A stretch of DNA of 64,000 bases from Polymyxa betae A26-41 (lineage: Eukaryota; Protista; Endomyxa: Phytomyxea): the NCBI GenBank assembly GCA_003693705.1, contig RBZT01000313.1:1-64000 (forward strand). The letters are read 5' to 3'. Shown here piece after piece: positions 36,614-49,064 of the stretch (position 1 is the stretch's first letter; the number at the start of each line of letters is the position of its first letter). A program made the position numbers and the translations under genes. The notes under the pieces were generated by a model, which saw only the letters and a list, made by a program, of their open reading frames with translations, made no database searches and was not told where the DNA came from.

Positions 36614-36955
36614 ATGGTCGCCCCTACCGCCACCAAGAAAAGCAAGAAGGCTATCGAATCGATCAACTCACGTCTGGGTCTTGTCGTCAAGTCCGGAAAG
36701 TACTCGCTGGGCTACAAGTCCACCTTGAAGTCTCTTCGCCAAGGCAAGGCTAAGTTAATCATCATCGCCAACAACTGCCCAGCCCTTCGTAAATCCGAGA
36801 TTGAATACTACGCCATGTTGGCCAAGACCGGTGTCCATCACTACTCGGGCAACAACATTGAACTGGGCACCAGCTGTGGTAAATACTTCCGGGTCTCATG
36901 CTTGTCGATCACCGACCCAGGTGACTCGGACATTATCCGAACCATCCCTCAGTAA
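36614..36955 (+). CDS. RPL30: 60S ribosomal protein eL30
   Basis: Near-canonical sequence: [43 protein letters not shown]. Confidence 0.98.
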   Translation: MVAPTATKKSKKAIESINSRLGLVVKSGKYSLGYKSTLKSLRQGKAKLIIIANNCPALRKSEIEYYAMLAKTGVHHYSGNNIELGTSCGKYFRVSCLSITDPGDSDIIRTIPQ

Positions 36956-37074
36956 ATCCATAAAAAAGCTTCACCTTGATGTTAACAATCGTCTCTTTCT
37001 GTATAGTTTAGTCCTATATAGATGTGTAACATAATGATATTGATTGTGTATGACATATTGGTGTCATCATTACC

Positions 37075-38175
37075 ATGAAGACACCAGGTGCTGCTACTGC
37101 CTTATTAATTGTTATCCCTTCCGTCCTATTCGTCGCCTTCCCGTATGTCCTGTCGTCGCATGCTTATATCGATTAAACGCTCGGAAGGGGCCGGCTTCTG
37201 ATTACCAGAATATCTGTCGCTCCGATTTATGTCGCTTGCGGCCTATGCATTATCTCGCTTGGGTCGCTGACTGCCACGATGCGTCTAGACCCAGGCATCA
37301 TTCCTAAGCTTCCTCCTTTACCTAACGTTGGCATCGCTTTTTTTCATCCAAATTTCGATGACAATTTTTAGTTTCAACCGAAACGAGTCCAAAATGTGGT
37401 TGTTCATGGCCGCTTAGTTCGATTAAAGTGGTGTGGCACTTGCAATTTATTTCGTCCTCCTCGGACGTCGCACTGCAGCGTCACTGATGCATGCATCGAG
37501 CAATTCGATCATTATTGCCCGTTTGTTGGTGCTGCAATTGGGAAAGGTTAATCGGGTTGCTGTCTTGACGATTTGGCTTTGAATGCCCTTGCAGGGAATT
37601 ATCGGGCTTTTCTGATCTTTATTTTCGCCACTGCATTGTTGACAGTAAGGAACGAAGTTTTCCAACATATGAATTCTCTGAACGATTGATCTAAGCTATT
37701 CGTTCTTTCTGCCAGTATTTGTCATTTAATCACGGACGCTCAGTCACCTAAAAGTAGAGGTAAACAGAAGGCTACTCACATTTTGAATTTCAATTCATAT
37801 CCAAATTAGAAACCAGAACTGGGTTTTTCATGGCCATGAAGAGCAATCCTATATCTATGCTTCTTATAGGTTATACTTTCTCCGCATCCTTTTTTGTTTG
37901 CGGATTAGCCGGTTTTCATGTGTATTTGGTATCTACCGGCGTGACCACAAGCGAACAGGTAAATAACATTTTGCACAGCCAATCTCTGGATCTTAGTGGT
38001 TTAGCTGAAGAAAGATTTCAATCAAGGGAACCCTTACGATAAAGGGTGTATGAGGAATATTGTCTCTGTATTCTGTTCAGCATCTACGAGGAAACCGATG
38101 AAGAGACACAGCGTAAGCCTTGAAACTACCGAGATAACGGTTTCCTCAAGGTTTAGGGAGCCAAGATGGGAGTAA
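37075..38175 (+). CDS. Palmitoyltransferase, DHHC family (DHYC variant, Erf2-like size)
   Basis: DPGIIP, WCGTCNLFRPPRTSHC..FDHYCPFVG..IGKGNYR, TTSEQ, NPYDKG. Confidence 0.9.
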
Positions 38176-38259
38176 GCTAAAGGTTCAGTTGTTAGAACGA
38201 CAGAAGCCAAATATTACTACCATGCTAGAAAAGCAGGCATATTGTTGCTAATTTCGAAT

Positions 38260-39052
38260 TTATACAATCGCTGTAACGACCCATTCCATTGGCTGCTTCT
38301 CGGTAATATCCTTCAAGCATGCCCTTAACCGGTACATTGATATCTTGGATTGCAATGGCTCTTTGTCTTCATCAACAGGTAATGATGTTTTTCGATCAAC
38401 ATACGATACTCGGCCTTTGCATTCAAATATGACATCAACATCTGCCCATACTTGAGTTACTTGAGAATCGACGGTTTTCGTCGTCAGGCCTATATCTCGA
38501 ATCCAATTGTTTAAGTCAACAACTTCCAGAAGAGGTCGTAGACTGGATTTGGCTGCATTTTTTTCGAACGTTTCCTTCAATGTCGAATAAAACTCGTCTG
38601 AGCAAATGGAATCGCATTCTTCTAAATTTTCATCGCTAATGATTTCGTTCATACGATGAAATACTAACAACGCTCTTAAGCGACCGAAGGAGATGACGAC
38701 GCTGAAGATACCTTGTTTGCACCCACGAAGAAAATCTTCTCTGGCGGTCTGTTGATTGATAAACAAACGAATTGCATGAAATTTCCACCATGACTGGAAT
38801 TCCATACCAGGCGACCAGATCGCATCGGGTAATTGAATCGGTTCATCCTGTAAACAGTTTAAGTTTATGGAGCGCTCAGAGAATAAAATGTTCAAAAATC
38901 CTAACAACTTCTTGTTTAGCAGCTGGGATTGAGAAAGGATACCCCAGTTTTACAGGGCCTGCCGGTTCGCCGGCCGATGATGTAGCGGATAGAAAGCGAG
39001 GGCATCGAATAGACCTAGCATTTAATGGAGACAGCAACAGTCGCTTGATCAT
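38260..39052 (-). CDS. Mitochondrial Tim44-like/MAIP1-like protein
   Basis: Arg/Ser-rich presequence MIKRLLLSPLNARSIR, EDFLRGCKQ, beta-rich C-terminus ending EWVVTAIV. Confidence 0.55.
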
Positions 39053-39989
39053 GGATGAGGTGAAGCTGTGACGATGAGCGACAAATCGAGCTTGATGATT
39101 TCCCTACAGCGTATTGATATTATCTCGAATATGATCCGACTATGTATGAGAACAGTATCATAGCCATAATGACATGTTGCGCTGCCTTTATTGCGTCCAG
39201 GCTCCAAAGCACTCCAGCTGCTTCAAACCTCGGTAGTCTCTGATGGATTTTGCTTAAGTGTCTAGAGTTTTCTTTAAAAAGTAGGCACATAATCTTTGAA
39301 AAATATCCTACACTACACTGACTACAGTCCTTGGACGTTTACCTGAATTAATGATGACAAGGAGACTTTGATATGACGACGAAGCAACCAAGCAATCGCT
39401 TAAAGAAAAAACCAGAACGAGAACCAGCGCAGAACGAAGCGAGTTTTATTGTGCATTATCAAGTTTATTCGTTGGAGTCGGAAGAACCAAGCTCACCTTG
39501 CAAATGTTCACTTAGAGAATCTGCTCAAGCTTGACTGGTTTGGTACCGATGGACAATTCAAGGACCTGTAGCGAACAACAGTCGTGTCCTGCCCCATGTC
39601 CACGCTGCACAGCACTGTATGATGGCAGGAAACAATCTTAAAAGTGCAAATATCAGTAAAGGACAAGCCCAACACCACGTCGTTCAAGATATTGTGTCTG
39701 CCACTGCTTGATAACTATTCTCACGGAAACTGGGTATTACTACGGAAGCTCGAAGAATTTTCCATGTTTGATTAGGACTTAGATAGGAATTCCCCTGAGC
39801 CCTGTTCCTCTTGGTCGTCTTGTACATAGTAAACGGAGCCCAAAAAGGAGACCGACTTGGCGACTTTCCTATGATAATAACTTACGGAGTTAAAAGCGAT
39901 GCTCATGTGACCATGTCAACCGTCTACACCAACAACTTCATTCTAACAGTTACCTTCTTGTCTCCACTTTCATTACAATATCCCTTTAC

Positions 39990-40881
39990 ATGCTGGTCTC
40001 TCTTCGGGTTCCTGACACGAATTTAAAATGGATATTCACAGCAATCGCGCTGGTAACCGTAGCCTGCTTGGCTGTGGTAGCCGGCTTGTATTTTGGAGGC
40101 GTTTTCAGCAATCCAGAAGAAAGCACTACCAGAAAACAAGAGCCAGAAGTGAAAGCGGTTGCTTCTTTAGGTACGTCACCCAAATTCTCAAAGATCACTT
40201 TTGAACCCTTTGAAGAAAAAGAAGAGGAGTCAGAGAAGGCTTGTATAGAATCTAAACCGAAGAAGTGGCAGTTAGCTGTTACAGCCAAGCGATTGGCAAG
40301 ATGTATGGGCATAGCCACCATCTTGATCTGGCTTCGACATATTCGCAAAGAATATCTTCCAATGATAATACCGAGACTCATGTTTTCGTTGAAACAAATC
40401 AAACGTTATCTAAACGTTAATCTAACTGGCGGTGTATGTTTTCTGTCTTCAATTCTTTTAACGTTGATAATAATTTAGTTTATAGGCCATAAATGCTATA
40501 TTGGCGAAATTGGCGAAATTCAAATCCAAAAAATGTAAGCTGATGGATCTATTCCCGAATGAACTCTTGAAAGTAAAATACCCAAGGCGTAGCCCAATGG
40601 CTAATAAAGGCGAAGACACAGCCCATCCAACTAAAGAAGATTTGTCGCTTGTAAACGCTGCCATGGATGTGGTCCAAAACGGATTATGCTCAAGCTCTTC
40701 CCTCAATAATGACCACCCAAGCACTGCGCCTGGTGTCGGGGAGGATCCTCTAATGGCAGATACGTTACCTAAAAACGATTCGGTTGTGTCTAATCCATCT
40801 GGTGAGTGTTCAACGATCTGCGAAGATACACAAGAAAATTTGGATGATGAGGCTGGCCTTGCCAGGACCAATACTTTATAG
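39990..40881 (+). CDS. Hypothetical protein with N-terminal hydrophobic anchor (2 exons)
   Basis: ORFs 39990-40478 and 40501-40881 joinable by a GTATGT..TATAG intron; single TM WIFTAIALVTVACLAVVAGLYFGG. Confidence 0.5.
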
Positions 40882-41156
40882 AATGCCAAGCACATCAAAC
40901 AGTCCTATGTTTGTTTGCAAATTCTCACCTAATATATTTTATTTTAGAATGCAATCTCTTTTAAGCTGTAGTAGCCTTGCACAAAATTTGGAATCTGACT
41001 GCTGATTACGATATTACCTTGGTGCATGTGTATGACCTGGTTTCGGTATTGGCATTGGTCTGAATGCGGGGCAAATTAAAACTGCGCAACCGCCAAATAT
41101 CTTTTTGTGGGGAAAATCTTCGCAGTTTCTACAACATTGCGAATTCGCGTTTCATC

Positions 41157-43009
41157 ATGGCGCCATCCAGTTCGGTCTTGTTCTTACTCGATTCGCATGA
41201 TGACGATCTTCAACGAATTTCTCATATTGCTGATCAATTTCATACACAGGCCATTCTGGCTCATGAATGGTATTTCACGTTGACCGATAGATTATGAGCT
41301 GAATCGTCCGCAAGGGACAATTTGTCAGAATCACTCAAAGATCTTCACCAATATACCACTGTAATCATGGCCTTTCCAGATTCTATTGATGTTCGTCTTT
41401 CGCGAGTATCATTATCAACTCACAGGGTATTATATTCTATGTTATGAACACCATTATACAAAATTCAATCTAGGTATCCGAACGAGTATCTGGTTTATTG
41501 AGCTGGCTTTGTAATCACCAAGAGCATATCCATTCTGTTAATTTCCTTATCATTGTTGAATCCAATACGAACTCTCTGGCATCCTTTATCTGCACTAAAC
41601 TGCAGGAACTCAATGCCAAGATGCTGTCCAGCGATATTCTCTCTTTCACCGATAATTTCACAGGCTTTATCTCCCAGATACTTCCAACCCCTTCCAAAGA
41701 AGACGCCCGCGACATTGTTTCTGGAATTCAGCCTGCATCTTCCTCTGTAACTAACAAAAAACCTTCTCGTCAGGCTTTGATTGCAGCCCGAAAGCGCCTC
41801 GCTGCCCAATCAATCTCGAAGCCTGTCCTTCCAAACCCATCTTTATCAGTGACTTTGCCTTCCTCTCCAGTCCATACTGCCAATGTTCTAACTGTACGTC
41901 AACTGTTAAAACACCCATCCGGTAACGCTTCGACTGTTGAGGTCGTACTCGACGTTGGCGACAATTGCTTGGAATACACCACAGCCGGCAACATCGGTAT
42001 CCATCCACGTAACGATGATGATATTGTCATCCAACTTTGTCGACTCCTGACATACGATCCCGATGCAATCGTCTCCGTCCCGAGGCGAACGACGCCGTGC
42101 TCGGTTCGCGAGGCCTTTTTATGGGATTTGGATATTATGTCCCCGCCGCGAAGGTCGTTTGTTAAGTTTCTGGCTCAATTCGCTTCCAATGCCGATGAGA
42201 AAGAGCGCCTTGCTAATATGGCTGAAAAGCACAGCTACAATGAGCATTTTGTGATGGATAAGAAGACATTGTTGGAGCTGTTGGAAATGTTTCTCTCAGT
42301 GAAGCCGCCGCTGGATATTTTTATACAGCAATGCCCTCGACTTCTGCCACGAATGTTCACGATATCGTCATCTACCATAGTGAATCCCAGCCAAATTCAT
42401 CTAACAGTTAGCCGAACTCGTATTATCAAATCTCGTGATCGTATACATAATGGTGTCTGCTCCACCTATCTAACCAATCTAATACCTGGAAAAGACACTT
42501 GCCTCGTGTTTGCACGAAAATCGTCGTTTTTTGTGCCGGATTCGAGACCTGTTATTATGTGTGGAACTGGTGCAGGTATAGCACCATTTCGTGCATTTAT
42601 TCAGGAAGCTGCTCATCGGTGTCAAACTGAAGGTGTTCGTTTCCCTGAATGGCATCTGTTTTTCGGCTGCCGGCGCCGTGAAGACGGTTTCTTATACGAA
42701 GACGAGCTTGTCGAATCTGTAGAATTGGGCATCCTGGAAGGGTTGCATCTAGCATTTTCTCGAAATGATCCTGAAAGGAAGGTCTATATTCAAGATCGTC
42801 TGAAAGAGCATCAAGATATGGTCTGGAAACTAATCGATCAGGAAAACGCTATCGTCTTTATCTGTGGATCGACACAGATGGGTAAAGATGTTCTCAGTCG
42901 GTTTCGTGATATCGTTGTAACCAAGACAGGCTGCAGTGCTGACAAAGCCGAACTTTATATGACGAGATTAGCCGAAGAAAGAAGGCTATTCTCTGAACTT
43001 TGGGGATAG
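41157..43009 (+). CDS. Diflavin-reductase-like protein (CPR/NDOR1-type FAD and NADPH domains) with degenerate flavodoxin N-terminus
   Basis: PRMFTISSS, GVCSTYL, GTGAGIAPFRAF, FFGCRR, AFSR, YIQDRL, FICGS, terminal ELWG. Confidence 0.88.
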
Positions 43010-43303
43010 AATCATTATTATACTATTCTAAACTCCATTTAAAAATAAATTATTCGATTCGCTTCAAGACTGTGCTGCGGCTTAATTAGCCAAACTCTAA
43101 TCTGATCAGCGAAGAAGGGGTTCTTCACTTTGCGTTCATTGTTTGCCTGAATTCATTATTGTATGAAATTTGACTAGCAACCTGCTTGTTAACGTTACTC
43201 ACAGGAGGGGAACCCCGTAACACATTCAAAGTTACAATTTCGTCCATTGCTAGGGTTTTCTTGTCATTGACCATTAGGGTTTGATCGACGAGTCCAGTTA
43301 GAG

Positions 43304-45100
43304 ATGGCTAGTGTGAGCTCTAAGTCCAAACTGTCAAGGGCTGCTCAATCTACATTCAGTCGTGTTTTAGATCTCTGTAAACGAAGAGCTTTTCTGATAC
43401 CGGTTCGGAAAGCATCGTTTTCATAGGCTTTAGTAACCTATTGTAGGGCAGCGAGATCTATGGCGGCTTGGCTAGTCAATATGACTATGGACCGCTCGCC
43501 ACCATCATCAAGAACAATCTTCGCCAGCTATGGACAGTGTCATTTATGAATCGCCGGGATTGTATGCCGATCGAATCCAGTATTATCATGAACAGAAAAG
43601 GCGAGATTTGAGGATGGGATATTGTTTATCGATATTGACACTTGTCGCCAGTTTGGGAAACAGCAGGACATGTTGATAATTTCGCTGATATCCTTGTCGA
43701 ATGTCATAAATGTCACCATCGTTATCGACTTGATCATCTATTACCAGACTATAAACTACCTTCAGATTCTGCACAAGATAGCCTTCAGCTGTATACAGAA
43801 GCGATGTCCCAATATCAACCGCGCTGCTCAGATAGTAATTGTCATGGGAACCTATCAAGCCCTAGATATTTCAATATGCTATTTGAGACTTCAGCCAGCT
43901 GCTCTGGAACCGATCAACGCGTATATTTACGACCGGAGACTGCACAAGTAATAACACAGCTTCATAGATAACCCTCTAAATAGCTTTATTAGGGCGTCTA
44001 TGTAAACTTTCATCACCTTGCTCGATCTTCTAGACGTAGTTTACCCTTTGGTGTTGGTCAGGTATATGCAATTCCCATTCTGTTTAGTTATGTGGTTTTA
44101 ACCTGACTCTTCAGATTGGGAAATCTTTCCGGAATGAGATCTCTCCCGGTCCATCAATCTTCAGGACGAAAGAATTTGAACAGGCCGAATTGCAATGGTT
44201 CTGTATCCCTGGAACCGATCAGGACTGGCATCAGTATTGGATTGATTATTGCACCAATTGGCTGTAGGTGTCTCTTGCAGACCACTTATGTCGGCTTGAC
44301 CTTGTTATATGCAGTCTTGATCTGGGCATTCGACCCGAATCGATTCTTCATGTGAAGCATGAGCAACTGGCACATTATGCCAAAGCTACAACGGATATTG
44401 AATTTAATTTCGGGTTTGAGAGCGGAGACAACGGGTCAAGATGTTTAATCGTACAGCTTTACTCTGTCATCTGATTGGTGTGCAATAGTTGGGGTGAATT
44501 ATGGGGGATATCCAACCGAGGTGATCACGATTTGCTAGCCCATCAAAAAGCATCCGGTCAAAAGATGCATTGCCGTCTAGCAGATGGCAGCGAATGCATT
44601 CCTTATGTAATAGAACCAGCACTAGGCTTAGATCGGCTTCTTCTGGCCCTGCTGATTGATTCATTTCAGCAAGAAACAGTCAATGTTGGTGGTATCTACA
44701 ACCTTAGAATGACATAATATTGATATAATCATAACAGGGCCGACAGCGAAACGTTCTGAGATTAGACTGGAAAGTGGCACCTTATCAGGTTGCTGTATTT
44801 CCTATTGTTGCCAATAATGATAGACTGCGATCATTTAGCGATCAATTGGTTGATCGTTTATTAGCCTCGAACATTCGCGCTGATTACGACTGCAAAGGCT
44901 CGATTGGTCGCCGGTATCGGCGTCATGACGAGATCGGAACACCTGTTTGTATCACAGTGGATGACCAAACACTTAACGACGAAACTGTCACGGTTCGATG
45001 CCGTGATACCATGCAGCAGACTCGATTACATTTCAAAGATCTCGTAGATATTACTATATCTTCACAACGTCGAATCCAGGAACTATTATTACACCAATAA
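43304..45100 (+). CDS. Glycyl-tRNA synthetase, compact bacterial-like alpha2 type, probably mitochondrial
   Basis: [67 protein letters not shown]. Confidence 0.93.
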
Positions 45101-45328
45101 TCTTCATTAAGGACTCACTCGATTGCTTCCCATTTGATGTACAGCCCTTCGCTTACTCTTTAAAACATGTCCACAAGAGAGATACGTCTAAACTGAAGCA
45201 AATTTGGTTTGCTGAAAAAATTGTAAATTGTAATTCTCAAGTCGCTGGTTCGGTAGTTCACGGTCTCCGTACAAGGTTGTTGCTGTAGCACTACTATCAT
45301 TGACTAGAATTTGTTCAACGACATCCAG

Positions 45329-45584
45329 ATGCCGGCTCAATTACAGATTAATGGCGATGCCAGCAAGGATACGCTGCTGCAGCGTATGACGCATCCTCTC
45401 CAGGACATGTACAACCGATACTTTGGACACCCGATCCTTCGTACTCTGCACCTCCGTCTGATTCGCAATGCCGCCATCTTTGGAACTTCTATCTTCGTAC
45501 GTCTCAGAGCGGTTGCATCTCTTGCTTTATCTAACCAGATCATAGCTGTCTAAAACGTATGGGCATCTGCTTCTTAATGAATAA
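45329..45584 (+). CDS. Small TOM-complex subunit (Tom6/plant Tom5-like)
   Basis: After removing a GTACGT..CATAG intron: ..LRLIRNAAIFGTSIFLSKTYGHLLLNE*, resembling small tail-anchored TOM subunits. Confidence 0.55.
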
Positions 45585-45809
45585 GTAATTTTTATGGAAT
45601 TATCAGAGTTTCACTCGATTTCCAGTTTCGTACTGGTATCATTTCACAACCTGTCAATAAAATTAATCATCAACATGTATCTTTTTCTGCCTCTTTTCCG
45701 ATCGTTGGACCCCAGCAAACCCTGCTATTTCAATGTCAGAGGGTTTCCGTATTCGGACCAATAGAGTTACCCCATAACCCCATCGTCCTGTATAGTCTGT
45801 ATGTAACAA

Positions 45810-47956
45810 ATGGATCTGTATCATTATCCACTAGAGACTTTAACCCATCTCATTGATCATAACCCTCAATCTCTTCATTCTCTATTCACATCTACATCAC
45901 TACCTTATCTTACCCAGGCCATCATACATCTAGACCTCGTCCAGCATGCTAACCATGATGCCATTCAAGCCCATCTGGCCAATATCCCTATCCCTAACCC
46001 AGCTTTACGCGCTCGGCCGCTGTCACCATGCTACTTCGACCTTCTCGTTCGTCAGGTCGGCCCGATCGATTCACTAACCGACGCTGTTCATCAATTCTGG
46101 GCCCAGTTCCTATCCCAATGTGAGCAGGCTCAGGTTATAAGCTCTAGCTCTGTACATGGTCATCTTGCATCAGGTTTAGTCCGGGTCTGTACACCTGCCG
46201 TCTTAGCTCATGCTTCTTGCGATCGCTACATTGATACCATCTCCCCTGATCGATTCCCGATTGTGTTCGCGACGGCGATTTCACCGCCTCCACATCTCAG
46301 AGAACAATTTATCCATCATTGCTATCTAACCAAGTACGATGAATTCGTTGCCGCTCGGGTGATCAGTGTACTGGCCCGCGTTTTGGGCCCGAATCTGGAC
46401 GGATTGAGTCGGTTCGTTAGCGGCGTTCAGCGCGTCGAGTCTCGACGCTGCCTTCGCATTGCAGCGCTAATTGTGGCTGGACAGCAGGAAGCGTTCGTCA
46501 TCAATCAGTTAATTGAGTTCCTGATGGGCCAGCATGTCGAAATTGATGATGAACTTGTTGCAAATCTACTGATAAATCCGTGGACAGCGCCTTTAGCGGT
46601 TGAGATCGTCGCCAACCCTCGCTTTACTATCGGTCGTGATTTTACTGAGGAGATCTTTGCAGCATTTAGGTCATCACCAGCCCCGATGCCGCCACCACAG
46701 CCGTGCTGCTCGTGGCGGCATGATCGCGATCATGTTTGGACTCAGCTGCGCTCAGACGCATCCGAGGTCATACACGCCCAGCGCCGTCTGCTTCAATGCG
46801 ATCCAAACCTCGGCGATTGTATTGCCCAACACATCCTTCAGCTTCTCAGAGAAGGTGTTCCGTCGTCAAACCTGGTTGCAGCAACAGCAAATGCCCTGCC
46901 TGATCTGATCAACATCTCGCTCATTCGCGAAAAGTTCTGGTTCGTTGTAACACAAATTATGAAGTTCGTCGATGACGAAGCGCTCATCGAAGCGTTGATG
47001 TCAGTGACCTCGTCACTTGATCGAGCCGCCTCTGAACCTGATAACACATACGTCAACGCCGCCCTGCAGCGGTTGCTTCGTTCTCGTACCTTACTCGGCC
47101 ATATTGCAGAGCATATCTACGAACTAAAAGAGCGCTATGAGTCGGTGACAGTTCTTTGCTTAGCTCACGCTGACTTCTGTACTGAACTCGTCTCTCTTAT
47201 TGCCAATGCATCTGATTCACTCCTGGTTACAAACTGTGCCACTCTCTTTGGCGTTTTGATTCACGATATTGTCTCAAAGCGTATTGTGGTCGATCGACAG
47301 ATTGTACGACGAATTGCGCGAACGAATTTTGTTCAGGTCTGTTGTAAAAGAATATTCGAGGCGTCGAACCCCGATGATATCCATATGGTGAGAGCACTGC
47401 TTGATTGCATCAATATTTCAGTGCATTTGACCGAAGCTGAAATTACGTCTAATATGTTCTGTAAATCGGGGGCAGGACCGCCCTTGTTGATGCAAGTCTT
47501 AAAATCATGCGACGAAGCACCGTATCGCAACGATCCACAGCTGATTAACGTTCAGCGGTTATTATTAGTTGCTGCCTGCCGTAATACTGATGTGAGCAAC
47601 AGTCTGGTTTGTCTTTTTCAAATTTCAACTCAATCTTCAGAGCCGATTCGTGGTGACATTTTGCAAGTCAACGGATAGTGTAAAACGGTTGCAGGCATTA
47701 TTAGGCGATATGGCAGCGCCTGCTAATCGATCCGATTTACGGTTTTTACATGAACTGTATGGGTTTTGAAGTTGCGGAATCTGCCAGAGGTTTTTCTGAT
47801 AATTGCCGCTGCTATAGGATCGGCGTTGAGTTGATAGAGGACCAGATCAGGAACCTTCCTGGTTTTAAACAATGGCTGTTCAGCTTCAATGATGACCATC
47901 GTGACTCCAATCTGCAGGCAGTTATCAACTACTTCCTCCAATCCCTGCCTACTTGA
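45810..47956 (+). CDS. Hypothetical alpha-helical (ARM/HEAT-like) protein
   Basis: 622-aa ATG-led ORF plus two small 3' exons; Leu-rich helical composition. Confidence 0.65.
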
Positions 47957-48006
47957 TACTGAAAACGATTACTGTCACATCGTCCACTTTATGTAGAGGT
48001 CGAAAA

Positions 48007-49064
48007 TCATTTTAACAATTGCAAGAAAGTACCCACTGCCGACATTCGCTGGGAGGTGAATGCCTGATCAATATCATGACCACCTTCAACACGACCCCAG
48101 TTATCAATCTGATGTTCTTCATCAGTTCGAGCCGCTTCATACGCCTGCTCTGGTGTCAATCGACCTCGTTCTACGGCCAGCCCGATCACATATGATCTAA
48201 ATCATGTTAATAAACATAACAAGGCAACAAAACGCTACGCCACCTTGCAATGGATGCGATCGCATCGATTGCAGTTAGACGCCAAGCGTCTGTGCTTTTA
48301 ATCGCTTTGTACAAATTATCAATGGAAGTCTCCGGTTGCTCAATCTCAAGTTCGGTTGTGGTCTTCAGGGGTGCGTTGAACTCCTTTTTAACCCATTCCA
48401 CTAAAGGATCCCACTGAGCCATCTGCTTGGCAACCAGCTCCTACCAATTGTTAAAGATAAAATAGAGCATAATCCATTATTACAGGTGGCGAATCGACAC
48501 GGAAGCAGATAGCATCAGAACGGAGGTGCATTTTGAGTTTCGACAGACACTTCTTTCGTTCATCTTGAACTGAAAACTGATCGATAGCGGTCGTGGCTAA
48601 TGCAGTCAGAGGCATTGACGTTGGGCGGATGCGATCGGTTTGCAAAACCCATTCACCACAAACTATAAAACCCTGAATTGAGTTTTCGGGTACAAATAAT
48701 TTTATACCCACTTGCAAGAGCTAATGCATGTGTTGGTAATAACAGAATCTTTTTCTGGGGTGTCTAATATCATCCATCAATAGCCAATAAACTATTGAGA
48801 GCATATTCATCATATACCTGCAGGAGGCGATTATCAATATCAATGGCATAGGACTTGGATTCGTCAAGGTCTATGGGCAGTACATTGACTTTCTCATAAA
48901 ATCGCTGTGTTGACCCGTCCGACTTCACTGTATAGATTTCAGTACGGCCAGGACCGATATCGACGAACATGACAACCTCCAGCGATCTGAAAATGCTTAA
49001 AGGCACGAACAGGGTTCGCCGATGACGTCAATGAAGTCGTACTGAGAAGCCTGCGAGATATCAT
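48007..49064 (-). CDS. ATP12: ATP synthase F1 assembly chaperone ATP12
   Basis: QRFYEKV, IDIDNRLL, GEWVLQ..IRPTSMPLTALATTAID, QWDPLVEW, EEHQIDNWGRVEGGHDID. Confidence 0.92.
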
